A stretch of DNA of 63,119 bases, filler included, from Dicyema japonicum (GCA_011109175.1; 6 parts of 6 records of this genome joined end to end with filler, not necessarily neighbours in it), one strand, 5' to 3'; counted from the whole stretch's first letter, positions 50,376 to 62,639 are shown. Translations and numbers: made by a program. The notes: generated by a model not told the origin, from the letters alone.

Positions 50376-50703
50376 ATAATAATAATAAAGTCTTTTCACG
50401 AGAGCCATAGTATTTTATAGCTCCGCATAGGCAGGACACACACTTTATTTAAGTAAAGAACAGTTAATTTTAACTAATCGTAGAACCAAAAAATGATCTT
50501 CACTTCTTTTTTTCTTTTCTTGTGTGAGTATCCTTTCTAGACAATCCAGTTCCGCAGTGAGTATTCACTGATGACGGCGTCACTCGTCAAACCATTTCTG
50601 CATCGTAGATGCGTGGAACCTTCCACCAGGTGAACAGCAGCGAGATTCGAACCCGTAGCCTAAGCCACTTAAGCACGACACCTAACCACTAAGCCACCCG
50701 GCT
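50376..50703 (-). mobile_element. Full-length tRNA-derived SINE with RTE-type 3' tail
   Basis: A box TGGCTTAGTGG, B box GGTTCGAATC, (TTA)n tail. TSD TTCATA at 50370-50375 and 50704-50709. Empty sites at about 48942 and 55775. Confidence 0.93.
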
Positions 50704-51142
50704 TTCATATGGACCTTAAAAATAAAAAAAACAAATTTGATCCGCTTACGATCTGGAATCAGTGAGATCTTAACAAAAACAGAAAAGTGACGAACGGAAT
50801 AACATTTAAAAATTGTTTCTTTAGATGCATATGCGGGTTCAAAAATATTATAGCTCTCTTGAAAGTGCTGATTAAATTGATTAAAATTAATTCCAAAGAT
50901 CAAAGGTTATCAAACTATCTAAATCTTCGATCCTGACTCGTTCCAACATTCCAGAACTTGTCAACAGGTAACGTCGTTGTCCCAGGGAAAGAATTATTGG
51001 ATTTTCTTGATCGCGGACAGTCATTGTGCGCATCCAAAATAAAAAAAAATTACTTTTTTAAATATCAAAACTTTGCTATTCTCCGCTAAAAACCTTTTCC
51101 CTAGGGATCAAGCATTCACTAGCACTATTTTTAGTCTTTGCT

Positions 51143-51424
51143 TCAATCATTTATGTGACCTTGCTTCTTCAAAGCCAAGGACACCGATTCCATTAAATAC
51201 ATATGTACAATCGAGCACAAATAGTTTAACCGCGACATAATCTCAGATATTTCAGCGTGTATCTTCTCTGATAGATTGGGTGAGACATCGTTCGGTTTTC
51301 GACGAATTTTAGGTGCCGACTTTGTTACAACTGTCTTTGCTGTCCATCTTCTCCCAATATTGCCTATTATCGCCTGTCCATCGCCTTTAGTTGCTTTCCT
51401 CTGATCAGATTTCTTGGCGGCCAT
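51143..51424 (-). CDS. Divergent histone H4-like ORF
   Basis: Basic N-terminus, VTKSA..IRR, LS..IHAEI and C-terminal VSLALKKQG, compared with H4 ITKPAIRR, ISGLIYEET and VVYALKRQG. About 10 aa shorter in the core. Confidence 0.4.
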   Translation of the reverse strand: MAAKKSDQRKATKGDGQAIIGNIGRRWTAKTVVTKSAPKIRRKPNDVSPNLSEKIHAEISEIMSRLNYLCSIVHMYLMESVSLALKKQGHIND

Positions 51425-51479
51425 GTGAGAGTTTAATTGCATAATTTCGAATGAAGTTTAAAACTTTAACTCTCAGACT

Positions 51480-52450
51480 TCATCCATTTTACTAGGCATT
51501 TTCCATCTTAATTGGTTGTTACACAACCTATGTCAGTATGTTTAGCGTTCATGTACCCAACAAGGATTGGATATTCATTGTTTTCATTAATTTGTCAACA
51601 ATCCATGGATACTCTCGTAGTTTTTGAGAATAAATTCCTCCGATAGTTATCTATCCCATGGTTGTTTGTAGTTGAATGCTTGCTAGTTCACAAAGATTTT
51701 CTTTATTGATCGTTGGTAGTCTTGTAATTAAAAAATGTTTTGTAGTAAATTGAAGTTCCTGTACCGGCACAAGAAACTGTCTTCCAAAAAATATCTATTG
51801 AGTCGTATCCATCAATTTTAATGTTCTTTTCTTCAATTTAGTTTCGTTTATAATAAGAACTTCCATCTGGATCGTGCTAGCTATTGCAACCAGCACTGAG
51901 GCCCGTTTCTGAAGAGAACGGGCATTAATCAGGGTTATCCTGACTACTTCTGGTTTTTTTGGTGGCTGCCCTCTCATCTTAAGAGCTCCACTCTCTTCTC
52001 TGTGTTGAAGCTTCTACTGTTTCTTTTTAGAAGGTTTCTTATATATGTCCTATATTATATTTATACATTCCTTTGACTTTAAATTCATCGTTCAATTTTA
52101 AATTTCACTTTCTCCATTATTGGCATTTTCTTGTTTTAGAGATATTTTTCCATTCGTTTCTTTCCTTTTTTAGTCAATTTGTTTTTCTTCGCTATGTTAG
52201 CTTCAACAGCTTTGAGGCATCTTCCATAATGGCAATGTTGCTGGATGAACCACAATTCACACACGACTTATTATTGTTTGTAACCGGAAACTGCGATCTT
52301 CTATGTGACCCAGATTAAACAACGCATCTTTCAACATATCTCCATTAGGCTGCAAAATATGTTTTCAACTTCGTAATATATTCCTTCGTCTTGTAGCACC
52401 AGTGGCACCACGACCCAAACTCCTTGCATAACACAGAAACCCTAAAAAAT
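51480..52450 (-). mobile_element. LINE 5' region: gag-like ORF1 zinc knuckles plus start of endonuclease
   Basis: CKEFG..C, KSCVNCGSS, then RITLINARSL..LIINETKL. Confidence 0.7.
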
Positions 52451-52639
52451 TCATATTTGAATTATGTACAATAAAATTTGAGTAGCTTTTAACTAAAGAG
52501 TTATTTATAGTAATAATAGATTAATATTAAAAATAAAAAGAGAATTTATGGATAAAAATGACAAGTCAATTTAATTAGAGTTCAAACATCATATTATGTC
52601 ATTCAAATAAACTTTATGAATGTATAGAAACAACCGATG

Positions 52640-52940
52640 CTTTAATTTACCCTAACCCATTCTCTTATCACCCTAACTCATTTTTTAATTCAAACTGACT
52701 CCTAATTACCCAAATCAATTCTCTAATAACCATAATTCATTCTTTTATTTACCCTAACACATCGTTTAATTCACCCTAATCCATTCTCTAATACATCCAA
52801 ATCCATTCTCTAATACACTATAATTCATTCTTTTATTTACCCTAACACATTCTTTAATTCACAGTAATCCACTCTCTAATATTCCTTAACTCCTTCTCAT
52901 ATAGACACTAATCCATTCATTAATTCACTCTAATTAATCT
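52640..52940. repeat. Degenerate ~22-bp minisatellite with CCCTAA-like cores
   Basis: About 13 units resembling TAATTCACCCTAATCCATTCTC. Confidence 0.8.
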
Positions 52941-53125
52941 GAAAATCGGGAGCCGATGTCAAGGTGTCGCTTTTTTGTTTCATACTACGTAGAACAAGTT
53001 TTTGGACGAAATTAAAAAATTTCGTTTTTCCTTTAAAAATCGGAGATCGATGTCAAAGTATCCTTTTTTTCCATACTACGTAGAACATGTTTTTGGACGA
53101 AATTAAAAATTTCGTTTTTCCTCCG
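52941..53125. repeat. ~95-bp tandem duplication
   Basis: AAAATCGG..GATGTCAA..CATACTACGTAGAAC..GGACGAAATT occurs twice. Confidence 0.85.
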
Positions 53126-53778
53126 AAAAGAATCGGGTAACCAGTTGTTTTAGAATGATAAGTAAGACTTATCAGCCCGGACGTGATACTTTACCCGGAC
53201 GTGATGCTATATGAAATTAATTAATGATAATATTAACAAGTTTTTTCTTTGTGTAATCCACAATTAAAAAATGACTTTTTTAAATATCAAAACTTTGCTA
53301 TTCTCCGCAAAAGATATATTCACATGTTGCGATATGTCATATATCAATAATTAAAATCAAGTGGAAACTAAAGAGACAACTTCGAATCTCGAACAAACAA
53401 TTAAAGACTCATTAAACAACGAAACAGACTTCATAGCTTTCTTAATTAATTAAGAGCTCGTTAGTATCTAATAACAATATCAACAATATATGTGGAGAAC
53501 TACTAATTTACACAATCACTCAATCATCAAAAAAATATCTATATGTTCAACAAAATATTAAAGTTTTACTGACCCTTTGATATAAGATCAGGAATATTAC
53601 TGCTTATTCAAAAACCCGATAAAAGTGCAGGCCCACTTAAGAATCTGAGGCGGATAGTTCTATTAAGGTCACTCAAAAACCTTCTCTATTATAACTATGA
53701 GTCGGACAAGTTCTGTTGTCTGATATTTATCTAAGTCAAAGTCGATTTTAACAGATTTGAAGCTTTCGTTGGTTTACG

Positions 53779-54963
53779 CCTTATTATTATTATTAAAGCA
53801 CTTTCACAAAAGCCATAATGATTATAGCCCCGCATGTGCAACACTCAAAGAAACAATATTTATAGTTAGTCTTTTCCATTTTCCTCTGTCGAATGCGAGT
53901 GATCTCAATTCGTCTAGGTCGTCTCCCGTCTTTAATTTTTTCTCACACGATTTAAGTCTTTGTTTAGGGCTGTCGGAAGTGTCGATCTAGGTCGTCCGCG
54001 GAAGGGTTTTTCGCATCTGTCAAAGTAATCTTCCATCGCTTTGTTAGCGGGTGCGTCCGGGTTCATTCTTAGTACATGCCCAAATAGCCTCCACCGGGCA
54101 TCTATCACATCCTTGCTGATGTACGAACACATACATTTGTTGTAGATACCAGTGGTTGATATTATACCTGGCCACTCCATTTCGAGTAAGTTTCTTTGTT
54201 GCCTTCAATGGAACAAATCCAGTTTCAATAAGTTCGTTGAATGAACTTCCCCATGTCCCAGCGTTATACAGTAGGATCGGTTTCACAAACGCGTTCTAAA
54301 GCCTGCATCTGATGTCAATTCCAAGTCCTTTGGCCCTTAGCCATCCTTTCTTCAGTTTAGCCATTGCCGCATTTGCCAGTGTTTTCCTCCTCAGTACATC
54401 TTCAGCGTCTCCTGGTAGAGAGCCGAGCTTATTAGTACGTCTCCATCTTTCTTGAGTAATATCGTCTTCTCTTTTGATTTCCGTAATTTCAGTTGTGTTA
54501 ACATTTACGCAGAGAAACCATTTCTCAAGCTCCGCAGGTGCATTTTCTAGCAGGTGTTGGAGTGCGGTCACATCCCGTGATACAAAATCCACATCATCCG
54601 CATAAGATGTCTCTTCTATGTCTCCTATATAGCATTTACGGAAATCGCGGAGTGCAGATTCAAGGTATATGGTGAATAGTAAAGGGGAGAGGGAATCACC
54701 CTGGGTGTCCCAATCGTTGTTTTGAAACTGCGGGAAGTTGCTCCTTCTGTCCTCACAGAAAGTCTTGTGTTCGAGAGTAGTAGTCTGATTATCCTAACCG
54801 ACGATTCATCCAATATTTGCTCAAGCACATTCATCAGTTTCTGTCTATTTATTGAGTCGAAAAGCTCTGGAGAGATCTATTCCCAACACGGTTGTTGCGC
54901 TCTTGAATCTTTGGTGCGTTGCGCAGCGCCATCTGTGGCTCCATACAATGTCTGCCGTAGACC
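53779..54963 (-). mobile_element. 5'-truncated RTE LINE, relatively well preserved
   Basis: RSTAD..GIDLSRAF, GTP(Q)GDSLSP, SYADDVDF, RWRLFGHVLRM, RGRPRSTLP, (TAA)n tail. Empty sites at about 49552 and 58369. Confidence 0.93.
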
Positions 54964-57900
54964 TCAAAATCAAAAGCAGGTATGAACAACTATGCAGACA
55001 CCAAAGAAATCGATTAAGAATAGTTATAGGGATAAACTTGTTAAAGAAATTAAACAATAGGACTCTTTACTAGCTATGTATATGCGGGACGATTAGAGAG
55101 GAAGTGATCAATTTCGCTGGCGATTTTTTTGTAACACAATCTCGGTGATACCAAGTAATTTCATTATGGGAAATTTTTTCAATAGAAATGTAACTTGGGG
55201 CTTTTGTGGACGACAGAGAACTAAGCTTCCTCTCTGTCTGGTTCAAGAGTATGCCAAAATTGGTTGAAAATAAGAACAGTGTACGACCTAATGAATTACG
55301 CAAGCGTGTTTTGAAGAAGGTTGTATAAAGAACACTGCTAAAACTGATGGCAAGATTGCGAAAAAGTGAAACACTAAGAATTAAATTCAATTCAAAGATG
55401 TCTTTGTCAAACTAACACAAGTATTTTGACCAGTTGGATAAAGGTTTACTTCTTACACTATATCCATTATCACTTTATTCAATAACGTTAAATCATCCGA
55501 TGATCCAGGAGAAGCAAAATTATTTCTTCCAATTCAGTTGCATCATTTTTGTAGGAATTTCTCACATTTGTGGTTGAGAATAGATTTCGAAAGTTAAGAA
55601 TATTATATCATAGGCTCATCTTTGACTTTAATGCAGAAAATCAGGTCATTTGAAATTTTTTAATTCATAGCAGCACATCTTAGGATGAATAATATTCCCA
55701 TCGAACAAAGCTTTAGGTGATTACTTGTCTGTCAAAAGAGACGATTTAGTCTAAGCGTAACATTGTCAGTTGTCTTCATATGGACCTTAAAAATAAAAAA
55801 AACAAATCTGATCCGCCTACGATCTGGAATCAATGAGATCTTACAAAAACAGAGGAGTTACGAACGGAATAACATTTAAAATTGTTTCTTTAGATGCATA
55901 TGCGGGTTCAAAAATATTATAGCTCTTTTGAAAGTGCTGATTAAATTAATTAAAATTAATTCCAAAGATCAAAGGTTATCAAACTATCTAACTCCTCGAT
56001 CCTGACTCGTTCCAACATTCCAGAACTTGTCAATAAGTAACGACGTTGTCTCAGAGAAAGAATTATTGGATCTGCTTGATCTCGGACAGTCATTGGGCGC
56101 CTCCTCACTAAGGTGGATCGAGTGATGCCATCGAAAGATGGAATTAATTTTGACAAACTATCCACATAGGACCACTTAGCGCCACGCGAATTGTTGCCAG
56201 GATTATTAATTAATGATAATATTAACCAGTTTTTTCTTTGTATAATCCAAAATAAAAAAATGACTTTTTTAAATATCCAAACTTTGGTATTCTCCGCGAA
56301 AGATATATTCACATGTTGCGATATGTCATATATCAATAATTAAAATCAAGTGGAAACTAAAGATACAACTTCGAATCTCGAACAAACAATTAAAGACTCA
56401 TTAAACAACGAAACAGACTTCATAGCTTTCTTAATTCAGTTCCAGGTTTTGTGAAATCACAAATTGTTGACAATTGTATCACCGTTTGCGATCTCTTGGT
56501 CAATTTGCATGTTATATTTGTAGACCAGTTAAGAATTCGAACCTTATCAGGGTAGTATCTTTCGCGTTTGAGTTAATCGTCAATCTCACCAGTGATAGAA
56601 TTATCCTACCTCTTAGGAACCTGTATATCTTTCTCAATGATGAGATAAATCCTTTTATGTGTTGTAGCTGGTCGTACTCATCCACCCAGAAAGGGACATT
56701 ATTAATTTACCCTGAAATAGTAATGAGGTTACCTACTGACTTAGTGATTTCCAATCCCGAATGGAGATATGTCTGAGGAGTCTGTATATTTCGCTTACCG
56801 ATCTATTAAATGCTAACTAAGCTACCTATTTGGAGAGAAAATTAATAAAATTTTTTAAAAGTCCTTAATAAAAAAGAGAATAAAGCAAAATTTAACGTTA
56901 ACCCTTAACCCAGTAATAACTAGACATTATCGATTTACGGAGATTTTTGATTCTTTTTTTTCATTAAAGTGATATAGTTTTTATTTTTTTTCTGTTTCTA
57001 GAAAAAGTAATATTACAATATACGAATCAAATTTAGCATCGTCTTCCTAGAAAAATATTAGCAAATTATACATGATATCGTTTCACATCCTTTGATTTTT
57101 TGATTGATCGAGTTTCTGGAAATGATTAATCTTTAAACCTGCTGTAGAATTATGTTTCACATTATTAATATAAGCTACTGTTAATGCTTAGACAATTACC
57201 TGATGTCGTACTATTTTGTATATCTAAACAAATTTACATGATCAAAACTTGATGTAGAAGTTGCTGACTCTGCAACATGATTCAAATCCTGTACGTGATT
57301 ATTCTAAATAATAATTTAATTATGGGAATAAACCGAAATATCGACCGGAATGTCAAATGATTGTACTAAATTGGAGGCTAATGGCTAATATAAATATATT
57401 ACCGGATTTTATCGCGGTGAATAGGAAGCTAATGGCTAATATCATCGACTATATAATTATTTGTCGCTTATATATCATTTATGAATTAAAGAATTTCAAA
57501 TGACCTGATTTTCTGCATTAAAGTTAAATATGAGGATATGAGATAATATTCTTAACTTTCGAAATCTATTCTAAACCACAGTTATGAGATTTTCTTACAA
57601 AAATAATGCAACTGAATTGGAAGAAAAAATAATTTTTCAGCTCCTGGATCATTGGATGATAAAGCGTTATTGAATAAAGTGATAATGTATAAACTGTAGG
57701 AAGTAAACCTTTATCCAAGTGGTCAAAATACTTGTGTTAAGTAATTTGTCAGAAATAACTTAAAGAGTGAAAAGTTGTATGTGCTTTATCATTAAAAGTC
57801 TTCTTGTGTAAGCATATGTGGAATAGTGTTCACAGTGTTAACATTAGTGCACATAATTAAAGAATAGATTATCTTATAATGTTTATTTAATTCTGTTATA

Positions 57901-60081
57901 TTAACTTTTTTGATGCTTATAGTTTATAATTCTTCAATAAATGCATATAGCAGTAATCCACTCGAATCATCCATTTGGGGACTTTCGAGAAATTTCGAGA
58001 AATTTCGAGAAGTCTGCACGTTTACTTTTGCATAATTAATTAAGAGCTAGTTAGTATCTAATAACAGAATCAACAATATCTGTGGAGAACTACTAATTTA
58101 TACTATCACTCAATCATCAAAAAAATATCTATATTTTCAACAAAATATTAAAGTTTTACTGACCCTTTAATATAACAACAGGAATATTACTGCTTATTCA
58201 AAAACCCGATAAAAGTGAAGGCCCACTTAAGAATCTGAAGCGCATAGTTCTATTAAGGTCTCTCAAAAACCTTCCCTATTATAACTATGAGTCGGTCAAG
58301 TTCTGTTGTCTGATATTTATCTAAGTCAAAGTCGATTTTAACAGATTTGAAGCTTTCGTTGGTTTACGGCTATATATCAAAATCAAAAGCAGGTATGAAC
58401 AACTATGCAGACACCAAAGAAATCGATTAAGAATAGTTATAGGGATAAACTNNNNNNNNNNNNNNNNNNNNNNNNNNNNNNNNNNNNNNNNNNNNTTAAT
58501 TAATTAANNNNNNNNNNNNNNNNNNNNNNNNNNNNNNNNNNNNNNNNNNNNATCATTTATATTCCTAACGCTAACAAAGATTGTTTTCACAATATCTTAT
58601 AATTGTCATAGTTAGTGCTAATAAAACTGTCTCTTAATAGTTTGATTTTTTAATGTTTATGTTTAAATAGAAGAGTACTCGATGATTGTCGTTATGAGAA
58701 GTGCAATTGATATTTCATCACTTAAAGTGACATTATCGCTGTGATTATTTTTAAATATCTTTTGTAATTGGGTTAATCAAATGTCTAATGATAGAAAATT
58801 GTTTTTGTCGTTTTTACCAATATGTGGTAATTGTTGAAAAACATAGCGACTAAAGGAGTCTGAATTACCCACTCAATTATATCCTTCGAAAAATAGGTCA
58901 TGAATATTCTTAAGATCTGAATAGATTAAAAATTCTTAATAACAACCAGAAATATGAGAATTTTCATTCCAATGACTAAAATAGTCACGTGGAGAGGTTT
59001 TCGACAGTACTAAAACGTGTTGCTTAAAAAACTTTGTACTCGTGATTAGTGCATAACTCAATGGTTTACCTTCTTTAGATATCATAAGTATGTGAATGTG
59101 TTTCAGACAAAACATATTGCAAAAACCACTTTTCTTTGCTAAACCCTGGTATATCTCTCCATTGAGACTTATTTTCTTGGTTATTTGCTTGTGAGATATC
59201 TTATTTTATAATCTAGAGTGAAAATAATTGGAGTGATGAATGATTTACAGCGATAGTTATTTTTTCATATCGACTTTCTTCATTTAATCGTAAAATGATC
59301 ATCGTAATATGAATCCTTCAATGAAATATGTGACATAAAAATTATAGATTAGTGTTTCGAGATAGAATTCTGTCCATTAAAATTATACTGTATAAAGTTG
59401 TAAAAGTAATTGTTCATTATTATATTTGCTGGGGCGTTTATGTCCATTCTGAGCACGTGGTCAAACAGTTTCCATCTTGATTAAATAATGTCGATGCTTA
59501 TTGGCCTCGATTGTGCCACAGAGTCTTTTTTCATAGCTAGCAGTAACTGATGAGCGCTTCGATTGTGATTTTTAATGATTATTATCGTAAAGCTACCTCA
59601 AGATAAATAATAAACAACATCGGGGATAATGGATTCCCTTAAGAGGTACCAATTGTCGATTCAAATGTCCTCGATAAAGTTTTTTTATTTTAAAAATTTC
59701 AATTTTCTTGTTGCCCTAGTAATAACACTGCCATTAAACTAAGCAGTTAAACAGACATTANNNNNNNNNNNNNNNNNNNNNNNNNNNNNNNNNNNNNNNN
59801 NNNNNNNNNNNNNNNNNNNNNNNNNNNNNNNNNNNNNNNNNNNNNNNNNNNNNNNNNNNNNNNNNNNNNNNNNNNNNNNNNNNNNNNNNNNNNNNNNNNN
59901 NNNNNNNNNNNNNNNNNNNNNNNNNNNNNNNNNNNNNNNNNNNNNNNNNNNNNNNNNNNNNNNNNNNNNNNNNNNNNNNNNNNNNNNNNNNNNNNNNNNN
60001 NNNNNNNNNNNNNNNNNNNNNNNNNNNNNNNNNNNNNNNNNNNNNNNNNNNNNNNNNNNNNNNNNNNNNNNNNNNNNNNNN

Positions 60082-60522
60082 TCAGAATTTTTGGTGAAAA
60101 TAGATTCCAACTGAGCTTATTCCTCCAAGAATTTTTACGTGTATGACTTTTGATTCATCTAAAAGATCACCGGTAAGAATTTTATTGACGAAGGAAATCA
60201 TCTGTTTGATGAAGACGGCCAATTAGCGAAAAATTTGCCTGGTATTGGTTTTCTTGCTAATCTAAGCAATGTGGGCCATCTATCCTTCTGGGTTTTTTAG
60301 TCATATCCTGCAAAAAGCGTGTAAAGGATATGGAACTAATGAAAATCTGATAAACTTCATACTACCCGATACCTCTGAGGTTTTAATAATTCTGTATTTT
60401 AGTTCAATCTGTTAAACATAATGAATAAATTTAAAAAAGATACGAAAAGAGATCTGATAGATCTCCTAAGAAGCGAAACATCTGGTGACTACTTCAAGCT
60501 GATAGAAAAAATACTAGCTTAA
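60082..60522 (+). CDS. Annexin, 3' part (end of repeat 3 plus repeat 4); 5' part lost in gap
   Basis: Exons 60082-60140, 60166-60247, 60267-60379 and 60403-60522 give FQLSLFLQEFLR|ITGKNF..GQLAKNLPGIA..FFSHILQKACKGYGTNE..SE|FNLLNI..RSETSGDYFKLI. Introns are 25, 19 (or 25) and 23 nt. No disablements. Confidence 0.88.
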
Positions 60523-60999
60523 ACTAATTTAATTCTCATTCTCTAATCTGATTTTGTTCGCTTGGTTAACACTTTTTTGGATTTTTTCTAATAAAAATAG
60601 GTTTTACTGAAAAATAGATATTTCGAGCATTAATCCACCTCAAGACAGATATGGGCAGTTAGCATTTTCGATACCAAACCTGTCCATTAAGAATCTGGAG
60701 AAGATTAATGTCTTTCAAGCAACAGTCACTAAAACTCTCTTCGCCGTTAAGACCAACTCCTTTCGAGGAACTCGTTGGAGAACGGAAGCTTTACTAACAT
60801 CTCCGAAATTCCCAAAAATACATGCTGGAAGTGAGTGGGTTATCGGAAAAAACAAAGCGAAAATTAGGCGGCTTCTAAAAAAGCCAGTATCACGTGACGA
60901 CCACTTTTTTTTGCTTGACAGATAATTTCCCAGGCATATTTCTAATAATTGTGTAACTGATGCAATTATCATAATCGGTGGGGAAGGACTCAGTAATTA

Positions 61000-61465
61000 T
61001 TATTAAAAAAAACTGTTAGAAAAATTTAACTAGGTTAAGAAGCTTCCTGTACCACATTCGGATAATAAACTTCTTGAAGGCTCCCTTGTTCCTGTACCCT
61101 TTTTCGCTTGTAGATCTTGAGTATACCATTGATTTTTGTTAGGTCAGAGTTAAGGACAACCGGAAGGTTATTATTGGCATTCATTGTTATTTAGGGTATT
61201 CCTTCGTGGAATACACATCCATTGCATAATTCCCTGTAGTTGTAGGTTCAAGGCGTAGCATGTGTCCGAAAAGTTTCAATCGATCTTCGATAACTGTTTG
61301 AGACAGTTTCAGGATATTATAATGTGAATATATTCGTCGGATGGGGAGTTTTTGTGTCCATTGATCACCAATGACGTATTTGCAGATTCTTCGTAAATTC
61401 TGTTAGTATCAATGATAATGGGTTCAGAAGGAAGCTTATTGTATTATCAATGGTAGTTGGTCCAT
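61000..61465 (-). mobile_element. RTE 3' fragment
   Basis: RLKLFGHMLRLEP..AMDVY. Confidence 0.7.
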
Positions 61466-62155
61466 NNNNNNNNNNNNNNNNNNNNNNNNNNNNNNNNNNN
61501 NNNNNNNNNTTAATTAATTAANNNNNNNNNNNNNNNNNNNNNNNNNNNNNNNNNNNNNNNNNNNNCTCTCCTTTGTCGGTCTGGAATTACTTAGTTAGAT
61601 GAGAACTTTTATTTCTTTCTTTTTGACTCAATGATCCTGGGGGTAATAATATTAATAAGATGTATAATCTAAGATCCAAAGACGAATTCGAAATTCTGAA
61701 TGATGACTTTTTTGTTCCTTATGCAATAAATAGTCGATACCCAGCGACTTTACAATTTTGTGATGTATAATGTTGCATGTGATTATGAGATATATCAAAT
61801 AGTCATCATTTTTGTTTTAATAATATAATAATGAAAAAAATTTTATAGTGGTATAGTTATTTTGCGGTTTACAAATGCTATAATGTTGTTTTTTAAGTGC
61901 TATATTTTAAATTTTAAATTTATAAAAAAATGCCCTAGTGATCATTGTGCATTTATTAGCACTCTAAAGATTTCATAGTTTGTACTAATTATTGTGATGA
62001 TACAAGATTTTTATTAAAAGCATAATTTGATGATTAGTAATATAAGTAAGAAATTTAAAACAACCCAGTGGTTCCTATAGTTTACGTCTATTGCTACGAG
62101 AGAAACAACACTCCGTCAATTCAACTTATTCAATTTACAAAATTAAAAAAAATCT

Positions 62156-62512
62156 TTATTTTTTCAAAAAATCTAACACCTTTACAGTTATTATGCTACT
62201 TTTCTTACGTTCTTTAGCAATTTTCTTTTCATTTATTTTATCTTTGCTTGCACTCTGAATTTTCTCTACCGCTTGTGATTGAGATGATATCTTTCTCTGC
62301 TCATAGTTTTTCAAAAAATTATTTTTTCCCCTATTTAATTGAGAAATCTGTAAAGATAATCTGCGATTAATTTGACAGGTCAGAGGCGAGTTATTGTTAA
62401 TGGTTAGATTTTCCATTTGCTTATTACGGATAATATTTAGTCTAATTTCATGCATTTTACTATACCGTGCTTCTAATGGCATTTTGCAATAAGAGTTCTT
62501 TCTGTATTCCAT
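62156..62512 (-). CDS. Hypothetical basic protein, 118 aa
   Basis: ATG-initiated K/R-rich ORF in very AT-rich DNA. A 33-nt GT-AG segment (62519-62551) lies just upstream. Confidence 0.4.
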   Translation of the reverse strand: MEYRKNSYCKMPLEARYSKMHEIRLNIIRNKQMENLTINNNSPLTCQINRRLSLQISQLNRGKNNFLKNYEQRKISSQSQAVEKIQSASKDKINEKKIAKERKKSSIITVKVLDFLKK

Positions 62513-62639
62513 TTACCCCTAAATCAAATAAATAATAATTATATGAATTACAGTAACGTTTCTAAACCACATCTCTATGGATTTTTAATCACGATTAATT
62601 AGTTTTTATTTTTCAATAAACACAAGTTATGCGAATTGG

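Larger units (their letters stand above)
47690..58451. repeat. Complex local segmental duplication (direct and inverted copies)
   Basis: 49220-51030 matches 53445-56100 (direct). 53215-53445 matches 56205-56436. About 47940-48815 is inverted at about 57495-58451. Confidence 0.9.

Noticed and set aside
50560-50600. Hammerhead ribozyme at CTGATGA in the SINE core (also 18970-19015 and 4120)
   Set aside because: No correctly placed GAAA and stem III. In the SINE the motif is on the antisense strand.
50630-50703. tRNA gene
   Set aside because: It has A/B boxes but no proper cloverleaf, and it continues into a SINE body with tail and TSD.
52640-52940. CRISPR array or true telomere
   Set aside because: Degenerate head-to-tail units without unique spacers, no pure (CCCTAA)n run, and a eukaryotic context.
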